From Octopus sinensis (lineage: Eukaryota): DNA of 64,000 nucleotides. The position numbers and the translations under genes are program-made. Below are positions 35,615 through 50,283 of the stretch, one piece after another (within the stretch, counting starts at the first letter, position 1; each line of letters starts with the position of its first letter). Location of the stretch: positions 51,026,001-51,090,000 of the forward strand of contig NC_043013.1 in the NCBI RefSeq assembly GCF_006345805.1. The letters run 5' to 3'. The notes under the pieces are model-generated. The model was not told where the DNA came from. It saw only the letters and a list, made by a program, of their open reading frames with translations, and ran no database searches.

Positions 35615-35862
35615 TTTTGCGCCCTTTTAAAGCCTAGCCAGGTTCATGGGCCCGGTTTCCCGGTTTCAATGACATATGTGTTCCCCAGCTGAACGGGATG
35701 CCAGTCCATCGCAGCGTTACTCATTTTTGCCACCTGAGTGGACTAGAGCAACGTGAAATGAAGTGTTTTGCTCAAGAATACAACGTGTCGCCCGGTCCAG
35801 GAATCGAAACCACAGTCCTATGATCATGATGCTGACACCCCAACCTCTAAGGCACGCGCCTC
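35615..35862 (-). mobile_element. SINE family C
   Basis: Reverse-complement paralogue of 16511-16750. Confidence 0.9.
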
Positions 35863-36672
35863 CGCACACACACACACATACATATGTGCGTGTGTGTGTG
35901 CATGCGTGTAGTTTGTTTAAACCAGCATCGATTTACATGCATGAATGAACATCGAGTAACAATAGTGAATAGATAAATATGAATCTTTAAATGAGCGCGA
36001 TTGATATGATCGATTTAACCCTTGGCGGCGGTGCCCCAGCATGGCCGCAATAATAACTACAACAACAAAGAACACATACGCACACAAATCATGAGACCTC
36101 TTCATAAGCCTAAATGGAGAAAACTAAAAGAAAAGTCAGAAAATGATAAATAAATAAATACAAAAAAATCTTAACACATTCAGCCAAAGATAATTAACGA
36201 TAAAAAAAAAAACAGAAACAATGAAATGGTAAATAATATATACAATGTCAATATTTACTTACGATTATTGATGAAATAAATAAACATTCCGGGGAAAAAA
36301 TCCAATATGACTTTAATTTCTTTTATTCAATAAAGCTTAAAAATCCATTCGTGTCCGCTGGAAGAAAGTTAGCTTGTGAGCTTATGGTGTTATTTATTAA
36401 TCAAGAGATCTAAGTGTAGAGTTTATCTGTGATACAGCAGATTGCTTCACAAATATAAATACGAATACACACGCATACACACACGGAGAATAGGTGCAGG
36501 CGTGGCTGTGTGGTAAGAAGTATGCTTCCATATCACATGAATCCCGGGTTCAGTCCCACTGCATGGCACCGTGGGCAAGTATCGTCGACAATAGCTTCGA
36601 GCCGACCAAAGCCTTGTGGGTAGATTTGGTAGACGGAAACTGAAATATGTGTGCGCGTATGTGTGTGTGTGC

Positions 36673-36727
<55 letters not shown>

Positions 36728-36807
36728 GTGTGTGTGTTCATGTTAAACCTTTAATCCCTACGCTTTTTTTCTTTTTTCTCGTTCTCTCTACTTTTTTTCT
36801 CGTAATC

Positions 36808-36843
36808 CTTTCTGTCGAAGAGCGTAGGCTCGAAACGTCAAAG
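36808..36843 (+). ncRNA. Minimal hammerhead variant (A6U), zero-loop stem III
   Basis: CTTT-CTGTCGA-A-GAGC-GTAG-GCTC-GAAA-CG-TC-AAAG; paralogue at 54618-54653 (-). Confidence 0.65.
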
Positions 36844-38269
36844 ACTTTTTCCATTCTTCCCGAGCGTCAAACTAATACACCTTCTTGTTTTTCTCCCTCA
36901 CCTGTCTTCGTCTTTTGTTTTCTGTAAATTTAAACTGTGTGCATGTGTGTCTATGTTTCCCCACTGCTTGATATCCGGTGTTGGTGCGTTCCGTCCCCGT
37001 AATCTAGTGATTTGACAAAAGAAACAAAGAATGAACAGTAGCAGAATTTCTCATACGGTGACTGACGGGCGAGGTTCTCTTCTCTCACGAAGCCATGCTC
37101 TTGCCCACTGTTCCCTACTTGTCTCAAAAACTTTCAAACCGAAAGTCAAATAAAAGTGACACTATTAAAAGAACTATAAACACCAAAGGTCTGCAACGAA
37201 ATAGTTTGGTAAATATTGCTGGTTGGATAACATTGAATAACTTTCGTTTGAAACTTAAAGACAGCTGAGAAGAAACTTTGAGTAAGCTCTTGGCTCCATG
37301 AACGAATCAATCCAGACATTGTACGAGGAAATATTGCCAAAGACCTTTCTTGTCTCCAGTAATCTGTTTCGAAACAGACTGCCATCTTTCATCTATATTT
37401 CGATAGACATATTTTTATACACACTCTCAATATCTATCTTATATATGTATCTATCACGTATATTTTCTCAACATGTAACTACCACAAACATTTGTATACA
37501 GACTGTCAATATGTAAATACCAGCGGGGTGCATGCCGATGTTAATTTGAAACTAAAATACCACCAATCACGTCAGTCATGTCTACAACTGAGGTAGTTAC
37601 CTGTCAATCACTTCGTGTTTTGAATGTAACTTAATAATCGGTCATATTTTAGTGCCGTACGACATGGCTGTTCTGTTGTTATTTCTCAGTTGTCAGTCTT
37701 CGTCTGTTGAATTTAAAATCGAGATTCAGCTTCATTTTATTTTTATTTTTTATTTGTATGAAGATAACTATTTCTTTCTTAGAAGTATTTAAGTTTCTAC
37801 ATCACGGAAGACAACATTTTGCTGACAGTCGTGCTCAAATGTGATACAACTTACATGCTTAAAAAAAAAACTCACGGAAACTGAATAAGAAAACGTAATA
37901 AAGGCAAAACAGAAATTATGAGATTGCATAAAATAAAATCCAGGTTGGTTGGTACAATAGAGCAGTGTTTCTCTGAGTTCCAAGGAAGAGCAGGGTTCCA
38001 TGAAACATTTCTGGGTTTCCGTGAGTACTCTGTATAGGTGCAAGTATGGCTGTGTGGTAAAGCTCACTTTACAGCCATGTGGTTTCGGGTTCAGTCCCGC
38101 TGCGCAGCACCTTCGGTGGGTGTCTTCTAACCTAACCACATGTTGACCAATGCCTGAGGGAATTTGTCTGACGGAAAGTGCGATGTTCGTCGAGTGCATG
38201 TGTGTACGTATATGTGCATACCTTTTGCATTTGGTAAGACGCTGATTTTGACGAATGGAGTATCAAAAG

Positions 38270-39274
38270 ATTCAGTAATCTTTCGGCTAATAAACTTTAT
38301 TTTCATTTACATATTTTCTACGTTATCTCAGAAATTCTGTCCTTTACCTGTTATTTCAAGGTGGCATTTCCGCATCCCACTTATTTTTTCATAAATTTCT
38401 TCCGATACCTGTTTTCGATGTAAGAGATTAAGATTTCACCCTCCAAAACACATTCTCAATATTTTAATTTTCTCCCCCCTCACCCCAATTTCTTCAGTTT
38501 TACTTTTTTCTCCAATTTTTTCTTGGTAATTCACGGAGAAAAAACAATGCCCGAATTTTAAAAAAATTTCTTTTTTTCTTAAAAAAACACTCAAATCTCC
38601 TTCCCAAACACCTACCCATCACCTCACCACTTTCAAAAAGCTACAAGCTCCCAGTGTTTCACTTTTAGCCTTTTGGAAAGCGGGTAAGTTTCTTCAGATA
38701 TAATGTCATTTACCTGTTGTTTCTAGCATGTCGAGTTTTTGGTAGTGGTCTGGTATTAATACAATTCTACGCATGCGTGAAATAACATAAGAAAGGGAAG
38801 CATTGGGAGATTTTAGCTTTTTGAAAGCAGGTAGTTGATGGGTGGACGAGGTGGGGGAAGGGGCAGTGAGTGTTTCTTTAAGAAAAATTAAACTTTAAAA
38901 AATATATTTCCCAGATTCGTAATCTCTGTATTATTCTACGTGAATAAAAGACAAAAAATTCGAAAAAAGTCACAAATTAAGAAATTGCGGTGAGGACGGG
39001 AGGAAATAAAATTTTTGAAAACGTGATTTCTGAGCAAAATCGCATTAACCCCACTTTTATACAGTGAAACAATACATAGTTTGGGATCCACCTTAAGAAC
39101 AGAAAGCACTTTCCTGTAAACCCATGCAAATTGTATCCCCCCTTCACTTTTAAACAAACGCCAGTAATCCAGGTCACTCTATATCAGCTGTGCTGATTCT
39201 GACCATAAGAAAGGAACAAATAATACAATGCGGTTGTAGGTGATAACACCCGGGCAACGCCGGGATGCATTTGT

Positions 39275-39276
<2 letters not shown>
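38270..39276 (+). mobile_element. Helitron-like element (5' end approximate)
   Basis: 3' hairpin CCCGG-GCAACG-CCGGG followed by GTAG|T (degenerate CTAG). Confidence 0.5.
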
Positions 39277-39305
<29 letters not shown>

Positions 39306-39546
39306 TCCACACACATACATATATATGTATGTTTGTGTCTTCTCAGCCACTTGACAACCGGTGTTGGTGTATTTACGTCCCGTACTTTAGCGATTTAGTA
39401 AAACAGAACGATGGAATAAGTATCAGGCTTAACGAAAAACTACAGAGGTCAGTTTGTTTGAGTAAGAGTCTTCAAGGAGTTGCTCCAGCGTAGCTGCAGC
39501 TTAAGGATTGTAACTAGTAAATGGTGTTTGTGTGTGCGCGCACATT

Positions 39547-39580
<34 letters not shown>

Positions 39581-39626
39581 GCACACACACATATATGCAT
39601 ACACACATATGCATATACACACACAT

Positions 39627-39828
39627 TCTTTTCTACTCTAGGCACAAAGCCCGAAATTTTGGGGGAGGGTGCCAGTCGATTAGATCGACCCCAGTACGCA
39701 ACTGGTACTTAATTTATCGACCCCGAAAGGATGAAAGGCAAAGTCGACCTCGGCGGAATTTGAACTCAGAACATAAAGACAGACGAAATACTGCTAAGCA
39801 ATTCGCCCAGCGTGCTAACGTTTCTGCC
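39627..39828 (-). mobile_element. SINE family A
   Basis: Reverse complement of the consensus. Confidence 0.85.
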
Positions 39829-40354
39829 ATTTATATTATACATATACGCACACACATACACACACACACGTCGGGCTACCATTCAGTGTCTGTCTACCAA
39901 TATCTCTCAAGCCGCACAGTGGGACGGAACTCAAAACTGCGTAGTTGCATAGCCGAGCTTCTTCACCACACAGCCCCGTGTTCGGTAAATAAAACAAAGC
40001 AAATAGTTGTGTTCTTTAAGTAGTCTTCTAAAATTCTTCATCAAACTTGCCAAATGAAAGTGCGACGTTCAATATTTTAAATTCAATCTTCAGTGCATCA
40101 CGAGGCAGAGGCTGAACAATGATTCACGTATTCACGTTAAACTCTGCCGGAGCGTAATAAGAATGAATACGTACGCCATTTGTTTTCGATATTTTCTATG
40201 GCCATGAAGATTTACAATTGGGTTTGGGAGACATCAGCGTGCATCACAAATGACTTGCCTGTTGAATTTTATAAAGAAGGAGAGGCACGATTCTTGTTTA
40301 GATTTGTTAAACTGAGGTCAGCTTTTATTGAAGCGAAACAACCCGGTTGATCTT

Positions 40355-40735
40355 CTTTTACTTGCTTCAGTCATTAGACTGTGGCCATGCTGGAGCATTG
40401 CCTTGAACCATTTTTTAGTCGAATGAATTGACCTCAGTATTTATTTGTTTTGTTTTTAAGCTACATACTAATTCTATCGGTCTCTTTTGCCGAACTGCTA
40501 AGTTACGGGCATATAAACGCACCAACAGCTGTTGTTAAGCGGTAGTGAGATGACAAACACAAAGACCCATACACGCCCCCCAATCACACACTTCTTTTCG
40601 TCTTCGTCTACCAACTTCACCCACAAGGTTTTGGCCGGCTATAGCAGAAGACATTTGCCCAAGGTGCCACGAAGCGGAACTGAACCAGGAACCATATGAT
40701 AGGGATGTAAACTTCTTGCTGCAGAGCCACGCCTA
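40355..40735 (-). mobile_element. SINE family B (diverged)
   Basis: Reverse complement of head, CORE-like block and tail. Confidence 0.8.
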
Positions 40736-41284
40736 CATCTATGTATCTCAAGATTCTCTCCAATGAATATATACCATCCGAAAGGAGAAGTTGTTCTCCG
40801 AAGACGCAATTCAACAGTGAACAACATATTTACGTTCAATTCTGCCGAAACGTATTAACAGTGAATAGATACGTTATTATCTTTTATTCCCTTTCGTTTT
40901 AAAAATATATACACGAAAGATTATATATATTCCGTTCATCAAACAAAAGACAATATACTACTATAATATAATTTAACAATATATAGAATAATACCGTAGA
41001 TAAAACGTAATAAAGTAACATTTGCTAATGTAATGAGACTTTCTAACAGATAAAATCATGTGAACAAAATGGTTGAAAATCTTGCCGAAAGCTCATCTAA
41101 CCATTCCTTCCTATTTCCATTAGTACAGGAAAGTATTCTACATTCCCTTCCTTTATTAATCGAAAACACAGTCGCAGAATACAAAATCTTCAGCATTCAT
41201 TTGTAAAATTCCCTTTGTTCAATTGAAATTTCAACTCAATTTTGTACCTTGATTGTAGTACAAACATTGCAGTGTGTGTGTGCG

Positions 41285-41430
41285 TATCTATCTATCTATC
41301 TATCTGCCTACCTGTCTATCTATCTATCTATCTACCTGCCTGCCTGCCTGCCTGCCTATCTATCTATCTGCCTGTCTATCTATCTATCTATCTATCTGCC
41401 TACCTGTCTATCTATCTATCTGCCTACCTG

Positions 41431-41477
<47 letters not shown>

Positions 41478-41531
41478 GCCTGTCTATCTATCTATCTATC
41501 TATCTGCCTACCTGTCTATCTATCTATCTGC

Positions 41532-41569
<38 letters not shown>

Positions 41570-41669
41570 GCCTACCTGTCTATCTATCTATCTGCCTACC
41601 TGCCTATCTATCTATCTGCCTACCTGTCTATCTATCTATCTTTCTGCCTACCTATCTATCTGCCTACTG

Positions 41670-41703
<34 letters not shown>

Positions 41704-41830
41704 CATCTATCCATCCATCTATCTATCTATCTGCCTACCTGTCTATCTATCTATCAACCTGTCTATCTACCTGTCTATCTATCTATCTACCTGTCTATCT
41801 ACCTGTCCTATCTATCTATCTATCTATCTA
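41285..41830. repeat. Compound (TATC)n/(TGCC/TACC)n tetranucleotide array
   Basis: Direct inspection; source of the IYLS ORFs. Confidence 0.95.
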
Positions 41831-42112
41831 TATATGCGTTGTATACGCGTGCGCGCGCTTATATATATTCTCAGTACTTACCTACCTACATACTTACCTG
41901 CATACCTACCTTTCCTCTCATCATCCTTCTCTACTCACCGTTCCTATATACTATCTGTCTGTCTGCCTGTCATCCCACTCTCTATTTCTCTCTCTGCACA
42001 CACACATCTTATACGTAACAGTTAAATAAATGTGTATATCAAGTTTCATCGACTAAACTTCGAGGTCACTGCCAACAATTCGCTATGTGCGTGTGTTTGT
42101 GTGTATATTATA

Positions 42113-42470
42113 AGCTTGCTTCCCAACCACATGGTTCCGGGTTCAGTCCCACTGTGTGATACATTAGGTAGGTCTCTTCTATAGCCTCGGGCCGACCAAT
42201 GCCTTGTGAGTGGATTTGGTAGACGGAAACTGAAAGAAGCCTGTCGTGTATATATATATATATATGAATGAATGTTTTTGCGCGTGTGTGTTTGGCACCC
42301 GACCATCGCATGACAACCACTGCTGGTTTGTTTACGTCCTCGTAACTTAGCGGTTCAGCAAAAGAGACCGAGAGAATAAGTACTAGGCTTATAAAGAATA
42401 AATCCTGGGGTCGAATCGTTCGACCAAAGGCGGTGTTCCAGCATGGCCGCAGTGAAATAACTGAAACAAG
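42113..42470 (+). mobile_element. SINE family B (5' slightly truncated)
   Basis: Consensus match. Confidence 0.85.
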
Positions 42471-42987
42471 AATATATATATGAAGTATAACGAAAGGAAA
42501 AAAATTTAAGTATAAGGCGGACTTGGATGTTTGACATCCCTTCGAAGGATTTCGGTCCTCACTTCTTATGTGTGTATATATATATGTGAAGCTCAGTAAA
42601 GTGCAACGCTTAGTTGCTTTTCCCCAAAGTCCCAGCTTTGAGACCCAATTTTGGCTGATACCTATTTTTACCGACGTCGAAAAGAGAAAAAAAAACAAAC
42701 AAACTTGACTCCGGCGAGCCTTGAAAACAAAAAAAAAATGAAAAAAACCCCCCAAAAAACACAAGGCATTCTCCGACACTGCACATGCACGCTGATGCAC
42801 ACACAAATATATCTGCACATGAGTGTGTGCGGATGCGCAAAGTGTCGGTGGAAATTACTCGCGGTCATTTGTTTTGCGAGTTCAAATTTAGCTGCGATCA
42901 GTTTTGCCTACCATCTTTTAGTGGTCGATAAAAAAACATGTACCAATCAAATCCCAACACCCTCCTATATATATGTGTGTGTATATG

Positions 42988-43026
<39 letters not shown>

Positions 43027-43090
43027 ATATATATATATATAAGCACACACATGTGTGTGTGCATATATATATTTTACACATATGCATGCA

Positions 43091-43122
<32 letters not shown>

Positions 43123-43204
43123 CATACATACATATACATGTATATATATATTATATATATATATATACATACATATACATGTATATATATATATATATAT
43201 ACAT

Positions 43205-43236
<32 letters not shown>

Positions 43237-43287
43237 ACATACATATACATGTGTATATAATATATATATATATATACATACATATAC

Positions 43288-43320
<33 letters not shown>

Positions 43321-43332
43321 ACATACATATAC

Positions 43333-43379
<47 letters not shown>

Positions 43380-44477
43380 TACATATATAATAATGGTGCG
43401 CGCGAGCCCTCACACACGCGTATTAGACGAAAAAGAAATATCAGTCAATATTTATTGGCCAATATCGATGAATGTCCAAAAATTGCTTATTCATCATGTT
43501 ATATAACAGCAATAACAATAACAACGTTTTATTTATCTTCAACACAAACAACAACAATAATAATAATAATAATAATAATAATATGAAGTTTCTCCTAATT
43601 CTGATGGCCTGAATCCACAACATCGATATACGCCATCTATCGGCTGCACCGACATCCAGTACATATGTACCGAAGTTGCAGATGAGATGAGAACTGTGTG
43701 TGCAGAATGTGTGCAGTATCGGCACACTGTGAGCTGATCACGTATGGAAAGTGATACGTGTATGCGCTATGGTTTCTCTATGTGCCTTCGCCATGCGTAT
43801 CGATGCGTGTCTATTGTGTTTCTGTGGCCTTATAGTTGCAACGTGTGTGTGTGTGCGCATCGCAGATCTGTAATGTGTGCAGTTTGTACTATGTAGGTTT
43901 GTGGTGGGAGCTGCTGCGCTTAGCAGATATATATTGGCTGGTTGGTTGGTAAGAAAGTCTGGAGAAGACAGTAGTTGTCTGGCTTGCTCAAGATGCATCA
44001 ACATATTGGCACAACACAACGCTAGGTCGATGCATAGATCTGCATGTCTGCTTGACCAGCCATAATGCATACACACACACCACACGTATATGTATATATA
44101 CACTCGCACACATACACGTGCACATATATACATTTATACGCATGTATGCACATATATACATACACATACTCATATGTATGCACATAGATATATACACAGC
44201 CACACATACTTATATACACACATATACATACACACCCACACATAATTATATACACACATATACACACACACATATATACAGTTATATACACACACACTTA
44301 TATGCACACACATAACCTTATATGCACACATACACGTATATGCACACACACTTATATACACACATACTTATACTTATACACACACACATATGCACACTCA
44401 CAAACAATCTTATATACTAGCACAAACATACTTATATACGCACATACTTATATACACACACACTTATACTTATATAT

Positions 44478-44528
<51 letters not shown>

Positions 44529-44908
44529 ATATATATAAGCACACGCACACACAAATATATTTAGGAAAATCTATAACGGCTCCGCCTGTTCATGTATCGG
44601 TTAGTACGTGTTTATCTTCTGTATGTATCTATTTTCATCTATATTTATATCACTATATCGATAACCGTATCGATAATTATATCTTTATAGCCACAGAGCA
44701 ATATCGTGCATTCCACAAACATATTTAGCCCAGTCGCTTACACCACACACACACACTCACACACACTCTTTCTCTCTGTCTCTTTCACACACACACATAT
44801 ACCAGGAGAGGGAGAGAGAGAGAGAGAGGGGGGAGAGAGAGATAGAATATGGTGTATGTCTTATGGATTCGATTGATTCTACTTTTCTATCTGTTGTTCT
44901 CTTCCTAG

Positions 44909-45028
44909 GAGAGGTCGTTTGTTGTCAGTCCCGGAACGAGAAGGGCCTGACTAAACTAGAAACTGCAAACTCACGCCGTGAAACCACCGCAACGCTTCTA
45001 CGACGATATCAAAACTTGACGGCAAAAG
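44909..45028 (+). CDS. Candidate internal exon (120 nt, phase 1-1) of an unidentified host gene; may be UTR
   Basis: Pyrimidine tract CTTTTCTATCTGTTGTTCTCTTCCTAG acceptor and AAAG|GTGCGA donor. Only one frame is open: [39 protein letters not shown]. Unique sequence between microsatellites. Confidence 0.4.
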
Positions 45029-45329
45029 GTGCGAATCTATATGTATGTATATACATGCATATATATAAATACATATACATACATATACAAACATATATAT
45101 ATATATATACATACACACACATGTACATATATATATATATACACAGGAATACACACACATATATATACACACACATATATATATACATACACATATATAC
45201 ATGCATATGTGCATATATACCTGCACATATATATATATATACATATATACATGCACATATATATACATATATACATGCATATATATATACATATAAACAT
45301 GCATATATATATACATATAAACATGCATA

Positions 45330-45360
<31 letters not shown>

Positions 45361-46007
45361 CTATATACATATACTTACATACATATATATACATATATAC
45401 ATACATACACATATATACATACATATATACATACACATATATACATACATATATACATACACATATATACATATATATCTATACATATATATTTATACAC
45501 ACATATATATACAACACACATATATATACACATACACACATATATACATACACATGTATACATACACATATACACACACACACACATATATATATCTGAA
45601 GGTGTGAAATCCAAGTGGCAAAACAAAGATTCAATTTCTAGAAACTATGTGTATTTAAACAAACGCTATCAATCGATATGCACACACACACACACACGTT
45701 CTCACACACACATAGAAAAACAAAGGAAAGAAGATAGAAAATAAAAGAAAGAGAGAAAAATGGAGGGATGCGAGGACAGTTGGAAGGAATGACGGAAAGA
45801 CAGGAGGAAAGAAAATAGAAAAAGAGAGGAAGAAAAGAAAGGAAAATAAAAGAAAAGGTGATGAAAACGCAGGCATTCTTTCTTAGAAAAGTAGACGCTG
45901 AGGATAAAGGGATCCTCTTCGGGTTCGACGATGAGCATTCAACTTTTCGACCAGCTGAGCCGCCTACTTATTGATTTTAGCTTCTAAGTAGTTGAGTATT
46001 CCTCAGA

Positions 46008-46385
46008 CGCAGGCGTGATTGTGTGGTAAGTATCTTGCTTACCAGCCACAAGGTTTCAGGTTTAGTGTCACAGCGCGGCACCTTGAGCAAGTATCTTCTA
46101 CTATAGCCTGGGGCCAGCCAAATCCTTTTAAGTGGATTTGATTGACGGAAACTGAAAGAAGCTCATCACACACACACACCTGTGTGTGTTTTGGTGTCTG
46201 CCCCCACCACCGTTTGAGAACCGGTGGTGGTGGGCTTACATCCCCGTAACCTAGTGGTTCGGCAATATAGACCAATAGAATAAGTACCGGGCTTAAAAAG
46301 ATAAAAAGTCTTGGGGTCGATTCGTTCGAGTAAAAATTCTTCGAGAAGCTGCTCCAGGATGGCCTCAGTCGGATGACTGAAACCA
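46008..46385 (+). mobile_element. SINE family B
   Basis: Consensus match. Confidence 0.85.
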
Positions 46386-46709
46386 AATAGAGAAAGAGAC
46401 CTTAGCGGAATACTCAGACAGTCACCATGATACTAAATATGCGATAGGAACTGAGTTTTGAATTAAAGAAAAAGATCCACAGAAGGGCTTCCGTACAGTT
46501 TTCGTTTGGTCATTTTCTTTCAAAGGGCTTCGATCGACCCAAATCTATGGTAAAAGACACAGGGTACGTACTCATTTCGAGAGACCATGAGCCAGGCAGG
46601 GAGTTCGAACTCAAGAACTTACGATTCTGTTCTGAAGTTTTAAACCACTCACCCATGGCTGCGTCTATGAGAGAACGCATATACAGCATTCATGTGAGAG
46701 TGCTATCTG

Positions 46710-46761
<52 letters not shown>

Positions 46762-47473
46762 CCGCGAGTGTCGCGTTGCTCTCAAGCAACTCTGCCGTCC
46801 TGGGTCGACCTTGAGTGACTTCAACACAACCAAAGCATTCTATAGGGGTTTAGTGGAGGGGAGGTACGACGACGAGCTCGGGGCGAACCTGGACGTCGAC
46901 GAGGAGTACCTGACCCGCCTGTTCAGGACGACTTTCGGGCCAGAGCCCATGGACCACTTCCAGAGATCCCTGGCCTGGCAGTGCTACCGAGAAGCGCTAC
47001 CCGTTCGGGATAAGCTCTACAGACACGGCTCGAGAAACACGGGGCCGACCTGCCCGAGATGCGGTCAGAGCGACGACGAAACCGTTCTGCACGCACTCGT
47101 GCAGTGTCCAACAATTTCCGACCTGTGGGCTTATGTCAAACAACTGCTGTCACGTGTGGGACGAGTCGGTTTATCAGCTGAGTCTATCGTCAATATTGTC
47201 ACGCCTCCTTCCTTCAAACGGGAAGGAAGAGCTATTTTCATCATCCTTGTGGCTATGGCGAAAGAATGTATCTGGTGGACGCGTCTGAAAGGATTGGAGA
47301 CAAACACTTTCCTCTCTGGTCAATCTCTCATCAACTTCTTCAAGTACCACTTGAAAAGGAAAGTGAGAGTAGAGAGGCAAGTTTTGTCTAGCGAATGTTT
47401 TAAAAAAAGATGGGTGAATGTAGCAAGAATGGCACGTATGAATGACGAAGCCACCTTGAGCATGATCCTATGA
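46762..47473 (+). pseudogene. ORF2 C-terminal fragment with zf-RVT CCHC zinc knuckle
   Basis: LAWQCYREALPVRDKL..CPRCGQSDDETVLHALVQCPTISDLW..IWWTR matches the W....ALP....L..C..C....ET..H....C.....W motif of L1/Tx1 ORF2. Confidence 0.85.
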
Positions 47474-47850
47474 ACCCAGAAATTGAAAACAGAGAGTTGC
47501 TTATTCGCAAAAAAAAAAAAAGAAATATAACATGTGACTCCATTGACCGAGGTTACCGTGGTGTTTTCCGTAGGCTTTTCTTTCCACGGGTAAACCTCAC
47601 CTGTCCTCCCCTTTACACTTCATATTGACATTTCTGTGATAACGATCCCTATTGATCAATTTTCTTTTTTTTTTCCTCTCCCCCTTTTTTTTAACCCCCC
47701 CTTTTTTTGTCCTCTTTCTCTCCTTTTACGATCCCTTTTGATCGAAACTCCCTCCCCCTTCCTTTTTTTTTTTTTTAAACCTTCAAAAAAAAGCTCTACT
47801 TGTAATTTGTTCTATCTGTGTGCAGCCCTGTGTGGCTAATAAAGAAACAT
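46762..47850 (+). mobile_element. 5'-truncated Tx1/L1-clade LINE inserted in (TATC)n
   Basis: Open ORF2 C-terminus to TGA 47473, pyrimidine-rich 3' UTR ending AATAAAGAAAC, with (ATCT)n on both sides. Confidence 0.85.
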
Positions 47851-48030
47851 ATCTATATATCTATCTATCTATCTATCTATCTATGAGTGTGTGTGTGTGT
47901 GTGCTATACACACAAACTTGTTAATTAGTATTATCAATTATAGATTTTTGTTCGTATAAAATAGAAATTCATGTACGCATACACCTCTATCTATATCCTT
48001 ATTTACCTGTGTATGTATATGTGTGCCCGC

Positions 48031-48068
<38 letters not shown>

Positions 48069-48126
48069 GTATATATATACGTGTATATATATATACGTAT
48101 ATATATATAAGTGTATATATATATAC

Positions 48127-48167
<41 letters not shown>

Positions 48168-48182
48168 TGTATATATATATAC

Positions 48183-48261
<79 letters not shown>

Positions 48262-49008
48262 AAGAAAGAATTGAGTATCTACCATGCAGAAGGTTTTAGC
48301 ATTTAATAATGGCGCTTAATATGTGTTTCTATCATCAGACATCTACATACGCCTTCTCATATACACACATGCGCACATCCTATGTAAAAGAGAGCATGTA
48401 ATTGTGTGTGTGTGTGGTGTGTGTGATATAACATGCACATAAACATTGGTTAATATATATATGTATTAACCTAATTAAAGTGTCTTCCTTTGTGTATACA
48501 TACATGGTTATATACAAAGATATACTCTCTCTCTCTCACACACACACACACGTATGTTCGTATATATATATATGTACACACACGTGTGTTTGTGTGTGCT
48601 GAACTAGAAATACAGATTTTGGTTACATAATAGGTGGGAGTGTTCGCTGCATAATCCGCACGAACGTTTGTTATATCTTGAATAACGAACAGAGATAAGT
48701 AATGTTGGTGGAAACAATGAATGGAGGCGTGGCAGGAAGAACAATAGCCGGAGATTGAGAGGAGATAAAAAAACAAACAACAGCAACATGCTTGGCTGAA
48801 AACATTACGGTAGAATAGCAGGTAAGGCTATGGTGGAAGGCGAGCAGGATTTTATCTATCCATCTATCTATATATCTATCTAATTTTACACACAAATGAA
48901 TGAGATATATATAGATAGTTCCATAGATTGATAGATAAATATATCGTTGGATGTTAACTAAATCAGAAAAAAATTGTCAGTTGATTCATTGTGCTGTGTA
49001 TGTGTATG

Positions 49009-49057
<49 letters not shown>

Positions 49058-49639
49058 GCACGTGTTTGTGCGTATATTTTTGTGTATTGAAGAATAGCAA
49101 TCTGTAATGAGATAGCATAATAATTTACCAATGCTTGGTACTAAGTAAATCCAGCTTTCCAGCAAATGTTAAACATAATTTCTCCTCTGATTTCCTTTTT
49201 GTGTTATATACGTTTAAATAAGTTACTGAGCGTACAACCGATAGTAGAATAAAACAGGAGAATTGGCTAGTCCTTTTATAACATTATAAAATATTTAATC
49301 TTTACATGTGTTCCACTGTCAACCGACTGTTGTTGATAAATGATAATGGATTAAATTGTTATTTTTCTGGAGACCTGACGCTTCAATGTGACTATGCAAT
49401 CGTCCACATATCAGTTACCGCACAACGTATTAAGTATTCGTAAACGAAACACGTGTAAAGATTATGTAATTTATAATGTGATATGATAAAGTAACTCCCC
49501 TTTTTTATGAGTAAACTGTCAAGGAAATATTCACGAACTACAACACTAAAATAACTTCTTGCTTCGTCGGAGATTCAACGAAGAAACTATCTTATCTAAG
49601 TACCTACCCTACCAATTTAAAAAGAAAGAGGGCTTATAA

Positions 49640-50150
49640 AATCATAGTTCACAACTTACTTTTTCAAACAATGTTATATCAAATGTCACAAAAATATTTC
49701 GCGCATTAATATTCACTTCTCTACGAAGCATAGATATCGAAATTTTTTAAACATATACAACCCTAAACCAAAACTAAATTTGTAGCACTAATTCCATGTA
49801 TCTCTTGATAAATAACAAACTTGTGTATTAATATTAATTCCTTTCCGCTAAATAAATCCTGCAGGAAGACATTTTATGAGACAAAGGGGAACCTCTAAAA
49901 AATTCAGCATCTCGTGGAACATAAATGATATATAAACACGACAGAAGGCAATTTCAGTCAAAGATTGTATAGCCATATACCTTCTTTTATACAAATCCAT
50001 GAGAAATGCTTCAAATTTAGCAGTCTTCATATGGTAAGTCAAAGAAAAAGTCTGCTGTGACATTAAATGAAAAGATATCTAAACATTTAGACTTTACAAA
50101 AAAAAGTTGAGCGGGCGATCTTTGCACATCACAAGAAAAGATAGACAGGA
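49640..50150 (+). pseudogene. Penelope-like element relic (linker plus GIY-YIG)
   Basis: Broken frames read NNVISNVTKIFRAL..HFSTKHRYRNF and YINTTEGNFSQRLYSH..NASNLAVFIW*VKE..DLCTSQEKI; same clade as the 28800 relic. Confidence 0.7.
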
Positions 50151-50191
50151 ATCTGAAGGGCTCTCTAGAAATCTATTTGTATAAAATAAAG

Positions 50192-50252
50192 CAGTGGTTC
50201 CCAACCTGGGGCCCGCAAAGTTAGTACTAGGTGTCCGTGAACTAAATTCAAA

Positions 50253-50283
<31 letters not shown>

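Noticed and set aside
41242-42029. Three ~255-aa IYLS-repeat ORFs
   Set aside because: Translations of (TATC)n.
42651-43586. 311-aa ORF and other long YI/CV/HT ORFs (21168, 44863, 56251-57362, 61007, 62545)
   Set aside because: Dinucleotide microsatellites lack stop codons. Only the 44909-45028 part of the 44863 ORF is retained as a possible exon.
46547-46761. N-terminal part of the 308-aa ORF
   Set aside because: Fortuitous in-frame fusion of a SINE remnant and (TATC)n to the truncated LINE; not a real start.
48311-48343. Minus-strand CTGATGA-TA-GAAAC next to a TA tract
   Set aside because: No stem II and no stem I pairing; cannot be supported as a ribozyme.
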